Source: Squalus acanthias
Taxonomy: Eukaryota
Length of the DNA: 64,000 bases
Direction: 5' to 3'
Assembly: GCA_030390025.1 (NCBI GenBank)
Contig: CM059433.1
Span: 9,922,001-9,986,000, forward strand
Shown here: in pieces, positions 48,999-61,690 of the stretch
Position numbering within the stretch: the first letter of the stretch is position 1
How the letters are laid out: the number at the start of each line of letters is the position of its first letter
Made by a program: the position numbers and the translations under genes
Notes under the pieces: generated by a model
The model's input: only the letters and a program-made list of their open reading frames with translations
Database searches by the model: none
What the model was told of the DNA's origin: nothing

Positions 48999-49891
48999 GG
49001 GGTAGAAATTAGGTCGCGCCCCATTTGGGGCGCAAATATCGTCTGGACGCAAATATTAGCGCCTGGCGCTAATTATCGGCACTGACTGGAAACTTCACTT
49101 TTACCGCCCCGGGAGGTGAGTGGAGCGCTAAATCAGGCGCTGCACACCTGTCTTAAGGCGCAAAGGCCAAGGAGTGAGGCGCTAACTCAGAGCGCTGGCG
49201 AAGCTCATGTAATGTCAGTCAGCAATGGACCACACACACAATGGCACGGGCCAGTTCTTAAAGGGGATGGTTAATCTTGCTTTCCATCCACATCCTGTTC
49301 ATTGCAGCCTTGAATCTCGGCCTGGAGAGACTTGCACATCAAATGTGCTGGAAAGAACAATGGAGAGTACCAGGCAAAGATTCAGAGTGCAGCTCCCACA
49401 GTCTCTGCTAAATCGATACAAGGAATGGCAAATCAAAATGAACCTGCAAAGTGCTGCTCAGTACCCAAAACTCCTTCACACAACGTTGAATCTCTCCAGA
49501 AGTCTCTCCCTCTCTCTCTCAGAATGCGTAGTTCAAAAATGCCACCAACAATAAAAGACAGGAAGAGGCCCCCTTTAAATAGCGCCCCCCCCCAGCCCCA
49601 CAGCGATTGATAGCGTTCCAGTCTTCTGGTCGTTGGATGCGCCAGGCGGTAAGGCAGGGGGCGCCACTCAATTTCCGCTCCGGGGCGCCACAAGGGCGTT
49701 GCACCATGGAATGACGTCACAATCTGCGTGCGCAGGTGGTCGCAGCGGTAAGTTTTAGCGGCGCCGCACAATCTCAAGTTAAGTTCTCGAGCGGCGCAAA
49801 CATCGCTGCGCCCGGGCGTTAGCGGCTTTGCGCCCCATTAGCGCCCTCTTAAGGCGCTAACGGGAGGCGCAACCAACTGAATTTTTACCCC
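48999..49891 (-). mobile_element. Harbinger MITE: both ends of a 28795-32974-type element joined
   Basis: TIRs GGGGTAGAAATTAGGT / GGGGTAAAAATTCAGT; arms collinear with 32630-32974 and 28795-29270. Confidence 0.92.
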
Positions 49892-50014
49892 TATGACTCT
49901 AACTGGCCAGAACGCGCCATGCCCATTCAGTCAGAATATTTTGATTGACAATGTTTGAGCTCCAAATACTTCCTCTTCTTTCTCATATAAGTGTGGCAAT
50001 AGCTGTCACCGTGT

Positions 50015-50980
50015 GGGCTGGATTTTACTAACCTCGGTGGGTCCGTGGCGGGCGATGTCGGTGGCGGGTCCCGACCCCGCTGCTGTCTCCATCCCGCTGG
50101 CTGAAATGAATTTCCCTTGATTGGGCTTGTTAAGCTCCGCCCAGCGCGTTTCCTGGCCAATTAGAGGAAGCGGGTCTGGTGACATCATTTGATGACGCGT
50201 CATCAGCCGGTTTCCTTCAAGGGGCCATGGCCAACTTTCTTTTGATGTGGAGATGCCGGTGTTGGACTGGGGTGGACAAATGTGAGAAGTCGCACAACAC
50301 CAGGTTATAGTCCAACAGCTTTATTTGAAATCACAAGCTTTCGGAGCGCTGCTCCTTCGTCACTTCACCTGACGAAGGAGCAGCACTCCGAAAGCTTGTG
50401 ATTTCAGATAAAGCTGTTGGAATATAACCTGGTGTTGTGCGACTTCTCACAACTTTCTTTTGACATTTTTGCTGTCAGTGTTCTACAGCATTGAGGTGCT
50501 GTAAACACTGACAAGCACTGCACAAAGGTGCACGGCTGCACCCAGGCTCTCTCATGACTCCCTCCATGTGCTTAAGGAGGGAGTCACAGCACGCAGGGAG
50601 GTTCTTTTCCCTTCCCATGGGCGGAAGAGACCTCCCTAGGAGATCAACACAGCCTGGTTGCACATTGCAGAGGAGGGCACAAGCAGGGATGTTGTCAGGA
50701 GGACCTGGGTGCAGTTCCCCAAACCTTTCAGTGAACCCAGCAGATCACGAAAGGTTACTGCCAAGCCACACTCAACCTCATCCTGCTGTGCCTCTCATCA
50801 CATCCCCATCACTCTGCCTTCCCTACCCTACTACTGCACATCTTTACTCACACCAACTTACCTTGCACCTCCACCCATCTCTCTCTATCTACATTATCGC
50901 ATCCCCATCTCACTAGCCACCCCTCACACTCACCCTCATCCTAGTGCAATCATACCAACTAACAACACACAAGGGTAGGA
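50015..50980 (+). mobile_element. Truncated Harbinger-type relic with decayed Myb exon
   Basis: Begins GGGCTGGATTTT; RRTWVQFPKPFSEPSRSRK resembles RTWxQCRKxFNDL. Confidence 0.55.
50246..50449. mobile_element. Palindromic mini-PLE (family A) with an intact hammerhead on the plus strand (50365-50401)
   Basis: Inverted arms, one-sided tail, TSD CAACTTTCTTTTGA at 50232-50245 and 50450-50463. Confidence 0.9.
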
Positions 50981-51066
50981 ACTTGCTTGCTCCACTTCAC
51001 CGAGAAGAGAACGAAAACTAGAAGTAAAAAATATACATTTAAACAAAGGAAAATTATATAAAATAT

Positions 51067-51862
51067 GGCCCAGAATTTGTTGCCAGGATAATGGTGAGTT
51101 TAATGGCGCTCGCCATTTTTAGTGTGCAAATCGTCCAGCAAGTCATGGTGAGCAAGAGACACCCCGTGAATTGCGAATCGCCACATGTTGCTGGACGATT
51201 TGTGCCACTCCACTGTTAGCCGCATGAAAACGACAGCTCGGCATCAACCAGTTGCTGAATTTGCACATTAATTGCCAATTAAATTCACCGTGGAAGGTTA
51301 GGCTTGTACCACCCCACACCAACACCATAAAGCATCCCTACAATGCCCAAGCCATTCCTTTCACACTCATCACCATTGCGGGGGGTACCGTTATGTCTCA
51401 CCATTCACTGCAACTCAGTTATGTTCCTGCAATGCCGATCAAACTCTCTGGCCCAGAAAGGCAACAGTTTATACTGTGGAGTCTCATTCCTGCAGTAGTA
51501 AATTGTTGTTTGAGATTTTATAAATTTAATGTTAATTTTTTTCCCCTTTCTGTCTCTTTTTTCTTTCTCTCTCTATTAATCCAATCTTTCTTTCCCTCTC
51601 TTTATTTCTCTTTCTGTACCTGATTTGACTCTAACTCGCCCTATTTCATTCTCTGTCATTCCTCTGTTTCTTTTTCAATCCGTAACCAATTATTGGTTAA
51701 GGAGATAGACTGTTGGTCCTGTTGTTCACCAAGGTTTCAGTTGCCCCATACTCGCACTTCCAGCAACTTGCAGGGCAAAAAAATTTCAAGCTGAAGGGTG
51801 AGGGAAAAAGTCTAACTAATGGGGCACGCTGTGAGATGCCCCACTCCAGCAAATTCTGGGCC
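51067..51862 (+). mobile_element. MITE with GGCCCAGAATTTG TIRs
   Basis: GGCCCAGAATTTG ... CAAATTCTGGGCC. Confidence 0.8.
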
Positions 51863-52254
51863 AATGTTTTCAAAAGCATGTAGGGACCAGGCTTGTATCG
51901 AAAAAAGCTTCCTGTGGTCAACAGAACGTCCTTGCCACTGATAATGGGTAATCAAATCCTGATTGACTGTCCTATTTTGAAGCAGCCCATTAACTGTGAA
52001 TATAAAAACCTCTTTTCAAATAGTATGATATACGCAAGTTGGCTGTATCTGGCAAAATGAAAATAGAGATGATTGATAACAGCATAACAGAAGTATAATA
52101 GTCATAAAATATTACAAGTGATGTGCAAATCAAAAGATCATAAGATAATTATAGATGAGGAAAGGTCACATAACTTCATCCAGCCAGAAAGACTTTAAAG
52201 TCACTCACCTATAGCAGCTAAATGTTTCAGAAAGGCTTCCAGAGTTTTCACCTC

Positions 52255-53085
52255 CTCAGAACAGTGGCAAATGGAATTCAATCTGGACACGTGCAAGGTA
52301 ATGCATTTGGGGAGGGTGAACAAGGCAAGGGAATACACAATAAATGGTAGGACACTGAGAAGTGCAGAGGACCTTGGAGTGCACGTCCACAGATCCCTGA
52401 AGGTAGCAGGACAGGTAGATAAGGTGGTTAAGAAGGCATACGGAATACTTGCCTTTATTAGCCGAGGCATAGAATACAAGAGCAGGGGGGTTATGCTTGA
52501 ACTGTATAAAACACTAGTTAGGCCTCAGCTAGAGTACTGCATGCAGTTCTGGTCACCACATTACAGGAAGGATGTGATTGCACTAGAGAGGGTACAGAGG
52601 AGATTTACAAGGATGTTGCCTGGGCTGGAGAATTTTAGCTATGAGGAAAGATTGGATAGGCTGGGGTTGTTTTCTTCGGAACAGAGGAGGCTGAGGGGAG
52701 ACAAAATTGAGGTGTATAAAATTATGAGGGGCCTAGATAGAGTGGATAGGAAGGAACTGTTTCCCTTGGCAGAGGGGTCAACAACCAGGGGGCATAGATT
52801 TAAAGTAATTGGTTGGAGGTTTAGAGGGGATTTGAGGGGAAATTTTTTCACCCAGAGGGTGGTGGGAGTCTGGAACTCACTGCCTAAAAGGGTGGTAGAG
52901 GCAGAGACCCTCATCACATTTAAAAAGAACTTGGATGTACATTTGAAATGCCGTAACCTACAGTGCTACGGACCAAGTGCTGGAAAGTGGGATTAGGCTG
53001 GATAGCTCTTTGTCGATCGGCGCGGACACGATGGGCCGAATGGCCTCCTTCCGTGCTGTAAATTTCTATGATTCTATGATTCTAT
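52255..53085 (+). mobile_element. CR1 LINE 3' fragment
   Basis: 241 aa open frame and (ATTCTATG)n tail. Confidence 0.93.
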
Positions 53086-53304
53086 ATCTGGAAGCTCATT
53101 CCATGCATTGATCATTCTTTGTGTGAAGTAGAATTTTCCTTATAATAGTTTGAACCTGTGTCCCCTTGTCCTATACTTGCAACTTAAAGCAATATTCTGG
53201 ATTTACCTTTACCGTTCTCTTTAGCTATCTTCTATACCTCTATCAGATGCCTCCTTTCTAGGCTGAAAAGCCCAAATGTCGAGTCTCTCAGTCTTGGCAT
53301 TTAA

Positions 53305-53663
53305 GTACAGTACTGAGGGTGTGCTGCACTGTTGGAGGTACCATCTTTCAGCTGAGACGTTTAACCGAGGCCCCGTCTTCCCTCTCAAGTGGGCAATAAA
53401 GATCTCATAGCACTATTTGAAGAAGAGCAGGGGAGTTTTTCCTGGTGTCCTGGCCAGTATTTATCCCTTAACCAACATCACTAAAACAGATTATCTGGTC
53501 ATTATCAACATTGCTGTTTGTGGGAGCTTGCTGTGCGCAAATTGGCTGCCGCGTTTCCCACATTACATCAGCGACTACGCTTCAAAAGTACTTCATTGGC
53601 TGAAAAGCGCTTTGGGACATCCTGAGGTTGTGAAAGGCGCTATAGAAATGCAAGTTTTTCTTT
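53305..53663 (+). mobile_element. Deu-SINE, 5'-truncated
   Basis: Reverse-complement match to 17755-18100. Confidence 0.85.
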
Positions 53664-54291
53664 CACTCCTCATAATTCAGACATTTGACACGAGTGATCA
53701 GTCTCGTGACTCTTTCTCTGCACTGTCCCCAGTGCTTGAATGGCTCCCTTGTGTCTTGGCAACCCGTCGTGTTCAAGTTGTGGTTTGACCAGAGAACTGG
53801 ACAGATTGAACATGATCTCCTCTGATTTATCTTCTGCCGTTCTGACTATTTAGTTGAATTGTCAGCCTTGCACTCTGTGTTAAACACCATCCGCCTCTGG
53901 GGATTAATTTGTTTTGAGCCCTTTTAGCCTGTCTCAGAGAACACAAATAGCACAACAGAACAAATACGAATTACAGTATTGTACCAAGGAATCAGTTACG
54001 ATTACAGGCATGTTTCAACTTTGTAACCATGTGTGAAGAGTATGGTTGAGCATTGTCTCACACCAGGAGGCAGTCAGTGCCATTAAATGACCACAGGACA
54101 GGGTAAAGCTGATTTACTAGAATTATTAGACAGTGTGGGGTAAATGAGTTGATCCAGTATCGTAAGGAGGAACAATTTTGTAGGAATCATTTTCTTATGA
54201 ATGGTTATTGCTTTTTAATGAATACAGTCCATGATATATATTATAATATTATATAGGTTATTCTTTCTCATCCTGTGATGAAATTTTTTAA

Positions 54292-54730
54292 ATCGTAGAA
54301 TCATAGAATAGTACAGCACAGAAGGAGGCCATTCGGCCCATCGAGTCTGCGTCGGCTCTTTCGAAGAGCAATCCAGTTAGTCCCACTCCCCCCGGCTCTT
54401 TCCCCATATCCCTGCAATTTTTTCTCCTTCAAGTATTTATCCAATTCCCTTTTGAAGGCTGCGATTGAATCTGTATCCACCGCCCTATCAGGCAGTGCAT
54501 TCCAAATCCTAGCCACTCGTTGCGTAAAAAAGTTTTTCCTCATGTCGCCTCTAGTTCCTTTGCCAATCACTTTAAATCTGTGCCCTCTGGTTAGCGACCC
54601 TTCAGCCCTTGGAAACAGTTTCTCTTTATTTACTCTATCTAAACCCTTCATGACTTTAAACACCTCTACCAAATCTCCTCTTAGCCCTCTCTGCTCCAAG
54701 GACAACAACCCCAGCTTCTCCGGTCTACTC
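54292..54730 (-). mobile_element. CR1 LINE 3' fragment
   Basis: LEQRGLRGDLVEVFK...WNALP with octamer tail. Confidence 0.9.
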
Positions 54731-56439
54731 TTCTCCTGCCGTTGTCAAAGCTGCATATAACCTCCCCCAACTGGATGAGGATGTCGGGAGGAGGTTAATT
54801 GCCTGAGCCGAGGGGACCTCTGTTATAATTCAGCTACATTTCAGATCATTCTCCTCGTACTCAGCACAGAGTTCCACTTCTACAGGCAGGCCCATTCTGC
54901 CTACGTAGCAAAATATCACCTTATGCGCACAGTAATGTGGGATGAGCCGCACAGTAAACAATGAACCCATTTACCGATGACACACATATTGGAAATAATA
55001 CAATTACTGCAAGCTCCTAATCTCTCCGCCTGCCAGACTAAAAACACTCGTGACGGATCATACATCTCAGGCTACAAACTACGAATCAGGTTTAATCAGA
55101 GGTAAAATTATACAAAAGCAAGAGAAAGAACAACAGATTTCACTCGACATTTCACTCTGAGACAACATCCATGATGCAATGTTTGTATATGAGGCTGAAC
55201 TCCCACAATGTCTTTTGCTAACCTCCTTCTGTATATTGGTACGCCAAGAAGGGATTTGCCAAACTGGGAGAAGGCTCCAGTAGTTTGTTGGACAGTTCTG
55301 AGCATGGAGTTGTCCATTAACACTGGTATCAAACACCCTGGTTGTAATGGCTGCAACAGCAGACTCACATCCTTCTGGTGAGTTAACAGTTCCAAACGAT
55401 TTGCTCTGTCTCCTTCGTGCAGCATGGCAATCAGGTTTTGAAACGATTACATTTCTCTGGACAAAGAGCGCATCAGCCTGTTCGTCCATTATCCTTTTAA
55501 CTGATTAATTGCCAGACCAAACGATCCCTTAATTGATCAATTGCTTGTTCATTGCGGACCAACTCGTCTCCAGCATTCTTTTGTAAACAGTAAGACGAAA
55601 AGCTTCCACCTCGCAAAAGCTTGCCTGTAGCCAAGAATATTTTCCATAAATATAAATTGAAAACATCAGAGAAGAATAGGGGCTCAAAGTCACGCAATTG
55701 ACACAGCGATGAGGCACAGACTGTGGGAGTCCTGGTCCAGATAATACATGCATTCCATCTGGACTGGCTGCATTCTGCTGTGCAGTAGCTAATTTAAAGT
55801 GACAACAATAGAGCCCAGGCACAAACCTCCAGACAGAAATATTAACAATACAGAAGCTTAGGAATTCTTGAGGTAGAATTCCGGGCCAGGAGAAGTGGAG
55901 GCTCTGGAATTTGGGGACAGAACCTGGATCCTCCGAGTTTACGTCTCTTCGGCTCACCAACAGCAAATCCAGCTGGGAGCGGGGGTACGGTCGGCCCAAA
56001 TGCGCCAACAGCGGTTTGGGGGCGTGTCTGGGGCGTTGGCAAGCTACCCTATGAGTCCAGGCGGACACGCCTCCAGCTCGACCCAGCAGTGCTTACATCT
56101 GCAGAGAGCAGGTGTTAATGCAATTGTGAGCCAGATGTGGGCCCCCGCCGAGAAGATCTCCAACGGCAATTAACCCGAGGGCAGAGGTTCACAAACTGTT
56201 TTTGTTGAGCCCCCCGCCGATCCCACCTCAGACATTCAGACCCTGTGCGTGCCCCCCTCTAGATTTTAAGAAAACAGTGGGGGTGAAATTAGTCTTCGCC
56301 AGTAGCACGAAATGGCAATAGTGAATTGGCAGCCCGTTTTACACCGTGCATGGTGTCCCTTTCCATTGATTAAATGATACATTGCTCAAAACTGCTCTGA
56401 TACAACTAGCCAATAATGAGGCACCGTTGATGAATAAAG

Positions 56440-57688
56440 AGATAAGGGTAAAATTGAATCTAAAGAATAAGGCAGACACTGAGTACATAGACAATAAAGG
56501 AGAGGATGACAAAAGGGAATACAAAGAGGTTAGAAAAGGAAAGAAGATTTAAAAAAATTAGGAAAGCAAAGAGGCATTACAAAATGAAATTATCAAAGAA
56601 TATAAAAATAAACAGTAAAGTGTTCTACAAACACATGAATGACAAAAGGAAAATTAAAATAGGGAAGAGGCCACTAAGGGACTCACAAGATAAACTCACA
56701 GGGTATGACAGTGAAATGGCAGAAATACTAAATAAATACTTTGCCTCAGTATTTACCAGAGAGACTAACAAGGTGGACATGATATTAGACGAAGCTATCA
56801 AAAAGGATATTTAAGATAGAAGGGAGGGAGATATTTGATAAAATTGCCAAACTTTAAGAGGATAAAGCCCCGGATCTGGATGGATTACATTCGCGCATAC
56901 TCAAAGAAGCTAGGGAAGAGATAGCATGGGCATTAGTAAATATATATTTAAAAATTCAATAGAAAAGAGAACAGTGTCAAAGGACTGGCGGAGTGCTATT
57001 GTTATTCCTATATTTAAAAAGGGAGATTGAACAAATCCAGGGTTCTATAGACCAGTTAGCTTAACATTGGTGGTGGGAAAGTTATTGGAATCTTTACTCA
57101 AAGATGTAATAGAAAAACCTGTAGAAGCCAAAAATATAATGAAGAATAGTCAGCACGGATTTCAAAGGGGAAGGTTGTGCGTGACCAACCTTATTGAATT
57201 CTTTGAAGAAGTAGACAAGGGTACTGCAGTGGATGTGATATACATGGACTTTCAAAAGGCCTTGATAACGTCCCGCATAGCAGTCTCAAGACTAAGGTCA
57301 GAGCATGTGGAGTCAGGGGACAAGTAGCAGAATGGATAGTAAGCTCACTACAAAACAGGAAACAGAGAGTAGAGGTTAAAGATAGTTACTCAGGCTGGTG
57401 GCAAGTGGGAAGTGATGTTCCATAGGGATCAGTGCTGGGATCACTGTTGTTCACCATTTACATGAATGATTTGTACTCGGGAATCAGAAGTACAATATCA
57501 AAATTTGCGGATGACGCCAAATTGGGGGTATAGTTAATACGGAGAAGGACTGCGACAAAATACAAGAAGGCGTTAACAAACTTGCAGAATGGCCGTGTAA
57601 ATGGCAAGCGAATTTCAATATAGATGAGTGTGAGGTGGTGCATTTTGGTAGGAGGAATAAGGAGGCCACCGTCTGCTTGGAAAATAAG
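56440..57688 (+). mobile_element. Old degraded CR1 ORF2 fragment
   Basis: IRKAKRHY, MAEILNKYFASVFT, SQHGF, YMDFQKA, KFADD with several frameshifts. Confidence 0.85.
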
Positions 57689-60600
57689 TGGGGAGTTTTA
57701 ACTTGGAGCAGCGTATGTGTTCAGTTGTGGGTGGGGGGTTAAAGTGACCAAAAATGCTTTCGTGTCCAGAAGCCGGCTCCAACGCACTGATTTCGTGTTT
57801 AACTCGGGCGAATTCGGCTGGTTGCGCGTAACACCCTCCAGAGAGGCAGGTTAACAACTTAAATCTGTTAATCGCTCAATTCTGGTGATACTTCAACCTA
57901 GATTTGCATTTGACTGTGAATCATTTGGTTTTCCCAGGCTTCCTGAAATCCGCCATTGAATCCAAAGCCAGAACACGGCGACAATTCATGAGGCTCATTA
58001 AAAGTCAGGCAAGTCCAGCAATAACGACTCAGTGCTCACAGCTGCTTTCTTACCTCCCACTGGGAAAGGGTTTGTTCAGAGTACTTTTAGTGAGAGGTTA
58101 ATTTCTGCACTTTGGAGGTATTAAGACTCAGATCAGGATGGGTGGCGCCTTGGCTGCACTAGATTGGACCTTAGATGAGGAGCAAGATGACTATCAGCAG
58201 CAACTGTGGAGAGACCTGCACGTGTTGAGCGGAGACGGGGAGCAGCAGAGGGGCCGAGCTCCCAGGAGGCAATGTCCGCTTAACAGGGTGCACAGGCAGA
58301 GGCTCAGTTTCCTTGACCTCGCGGACGAGCTGTGCTTCCAGAGGCTGAGGTTGTGGCGACAGGTGGTGGCAGAAATCTGCAGACTCCAAGAAGAAGTCTT
58401 GCTCCCTGCTGGACCTGGTGGACACGCGTTACCAGTGGCTGTGAAAGTGACCGCCACCCTCAACATTTTTGCCTCCGATCCTTCCAGGGCGCTACCGGAG
58501 TTATATATCCAGGACCTTCCAGTTGGCTGCACACAAATGCTGAGATGCTCTTGGCCGACGACCTCTGGGTTTTGGAGCCCGTGAGGTTTAGCACTGGCAA
58601 GGTAAGAATGTTGCAACTTAGCATTATGAATATTTCGCTCGCTGCTGAAATCAAGTCAACCTGACTGAGCGTTCTATGACATCTGTGTCGCTGATATTTA
58701 ATTCTGTCACCAGATAGCTGGTACGTTCCTATCTCCCCATCTCTGATGGCCAGAGATGCTGAGACACCACTGATCTCCAGCACTTCCCCCTCTGCAGTTG
58801 TCAGCTGTGAGATCTGTGGAGGACCACCTCCAGTTCTCTCCCTCTCCCTCGTGTTCGGCACTCTCTTCTGCAATGGGGGAATGAACAGACCTATGAGTGA
58901 CTGTAATGGCATGTGTTCACCCGATGGATGCAGAGCATTTGTTGAGAGTGACTATCAGGGAGCGGCATCAAATTGCATTAGCAAGAGGATGAGTGGCACT
59001 GGTGGATGGATAGATGGGGATGTGGGGAAGTGCATAGACAGAGAATGATGGGTGCGCTTGCAAGGTAAGTGGGTGTGAGGAGTGATCTGATGGAGTAGGC
59101 TTGACAAGGCAGAGTGGGGTGGGTGGGTGATGCGCACAACAGGATTCAGGGGACTGTGCAACTGTACTTACATTTTCTGACCTGGTTAGGTCATTAAAGT
59201 GCTTCCTGCACTGAATCCAGGCACCACACCTTCTGCTGTGCATTCAACGCTAAAACCCAGAAGTGAAATTATAATGTAAGGTTTCCAAAATTTACAGATC
59301 CCCAAAACCTAAGGAAAAAGGACTTTGGAACTACCTCAGAGTGACAAAAATGCATTTGGGCCTAACATAAGGAATTTAAGACCAAAAACCAAGTTTTGGC
59401 ATTTTAAAAACATGTCTGGGCCTGTAAAGGGACAAGGAGATGGGTTCGACCTCTGTAAAAGCAGTTTGGCTATTGCAGTTAATTACACTGTCTGGGGAAC
59501 CGTGATGACCTCACTCAAGCCCCAGTAGACATTAACATTTGAACAACAGACCCAGGGAAAAGACAGTCCCACCCAAAAGACAGGCCCCATCAAAACCGAT
59601 TACAGGGCCCATCAGAAACATGCATAATCCAAATCACTCAGACCCATTCCATAGAAAACCCGGGCCCAGCCAAGAAAAGCAAACACAAAACCAATCACCT
59701 GTAATCAACCAAGGAGATCGACAGGATGCAAGCCATCCCAAAAGCCATTTGACACTTATTAAAATCGTTACTGTTGATGAGCCCTCCAAAATCTTACAAT
59801 GATAAGGAAGCTTCAATGGGCATAATTAAAGGCCCGTTCTCAACAGCACAGTTCGAGTTCTCCAGTAGAGTTACATGGCAGTTCAAGGAGACAAGCAGTT
59901 CAACAGTTACACAGCAGCAAGGGAGTTCAACAAGCAGTCCGGCAGAAGGCAGTTCCACAGTTCTGCAAGAAGGCAGTTCAACAAGGCGAGGGGGCAACAG
60001 AAAGAAGTTCAACAAAGAAGGCCAGCAGCTCCAGAAGCAGGCCGACACGCAAGAAGAAACCAGAGCGACCGCCTCAGTGACCATCGGACACCTCGCGGCA
60101 ACAAGGGCCTTACGAAACTTTTTACTCAAAAGACTCTAAACCCTAACTCTCAACTGTCAAGGATTCGTTTGGTGAGCATTATCCCTGGTTCTCCAGAGTC
60201 CAACCTAGCTAGTGAAGTGGGATTGGGAGGGGTGCAGTATTCTTCTAATGTTATTTCCCTCGCTTGTACCGAAGTGTTCCCCACTTTTAGAGTGTTAAGA
60301 GTGTTTGTGTTGTGTTTTTACTTTCTTGAATAAAGATCGAAGTTCTTTCATCAAACTCAGTTGTCTGCTGCACTTTTTATCACAACCCCCAAATAAGTGC
60401 AAGGTCTAGAACCAAGGGAGTGGGAGCGATTCGAACCGCTCAGATGTCAGAGGTGAAGCTGACACAAACCACCACCCCCTACATAATGAGTTAATGAGCT
60501 GCGTTAAAATGCCATAGACAGATGCGCTGAAATTCCTTCTGGGTTTCCCATGCAATATTGGACCCCACCCCGCATCAAACGTGTCTCAAAGTTAATTTTG
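57689..60600 (+). mobile_element. Internally deleted Harbinger relic (transposase N-terminus on +, Myb N-terminus on -)
   Basis: 58138 ORF RVHRQRLSFLDLADELCFQRLRL...LPVAVKVTATLNIFAS parallels the 29305 transposase; minus strand WIQCRKHFNDLTRS and RERTGGGPP; outer boundaries tentative. Confidence 0.75.
59275..60483 (+). mobile_element. ~1.2 kb solo-LTR-like insert
   Basis: TGTAAGG ... CCCTACA termini, TATA-like CATAATTAAA at 59821, AATAAA at 60329-60334, internal GCAGTTCAACA repeats. Confidence 0.6.
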
Positions 60601-61178
60601 GGGTCTAAAATTGGGTGGCGCCCCTTTTGGGGTGCTAACGTCGTCGGGGCGCTAATTTTAGTGCCCCAAAAAAGTTAGCGCCCCCCCCCTCCCACCGTAA
60701 ATTCAGTAGTAGCGCCCCAAGCAGGAGGTGGGGCGCTACTGGAAAGTGTCCACCTCCTGCTTGGGGCGCTAATACTGAATTTTGCGGTGCTACGTGCCGC
60801 AGCGCCACGCGTGTCGGCACGTAGCGCCACGTCATTGCAGGCCTCCTCCCCTGATTAAAGGGGAGGGGCCTAGCGCTGCATGCACCTGGGCCCTGCCGGA
60901 CCACCGGGGAGCGGGGTGCCGTCGAAACAACCCGGCACTCAAGAGGAGCGCCGGGCTGAGCGATCGCGGCCGGCACCCCGCATACAAAAGTGAAAGGGGG
61001 GCAGGTGCTGGCAGTCGGCCAAAACAAAAATCGCCGCCCGACACCTGCCCCTTTAACTTGCGCCGCCGCCGCTGCAAAACCGCCCCCTGATCCTGGCGCA
61101 CATATAGTCTGCCGATAGGTCAGGGGGCGCAAGGGAAGTTTGCGGCCGGGGCGCAAGCGGGGCGCTGCGCACAGGCGA
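60601..61178 (-). mobile_element. Harbinger MITE, one end missing; related to 25661-26332
   Basis: Begins GGGTCTAAAATTG; collinear with the reverse complement of 25840-26332. Confidence 0.8.
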
Positions 61179-61199
61179 TCATCAGTTCTGGTCTCTCTA

Positions 61200-61690
61200 T
61201 TACAAAAAGTATATAAAAACACTGAAGAAAGTGCAACAAAAGATTTTTAAGGATGATACCAGAACTGAGAGGCTACAGCTATCAGCAAAGACTGAACAGG
61301 CGGGGGCTCTTTTCTCTGGATAAGAGAAAACTGAGAGGTTTTATGAAGGGGTTTGATGGGGTAGAGATAGAAACGATGTTTCCACTTGTGTGAGTCCAAA
61401 ACTAGGGACCATAAACACAACATAGTCACCAATAAATCCCATCAGGAATTCAGGAGAAATTTCTTTACCCAGAGAGTGGTTAGAATGTGGAACTCGCTGC
61501 CACAGGGAGTGGTTGAGGCGAATAGCATAGATGCCTTTAAGGGGAAGCTAGATAAGCACATGAGGGAGAAAGGGATTGAAGGATATGTTGATAGGGGGAG
61601 ATAAAATAAATAGAGTGGGAGGATGCTCGTGTGAAGCGTAAACACTGGCTGCCTGAATGGCCTGTTATTGTGCTGTAAATTCTATGTCAT
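61200..61690 (+). mobile_element. Old CR1 3' fragment
   Basis: EFRRNFFTQRVVRMWNSLPQ, TTCTATG tail. Confidence 0.8.

Noticed and set aside
25336..51865. A rule of 2 bp TSD plus one asymmetric base for Harbinger-type ends (GTA/TTA, ATA/ATA, ATT/GTT, TAT/AAT)
   Set aside because: Not consistent at 48999, 11157 or 63152; too few and too old copies to separate from mutated 3 bp TSDs
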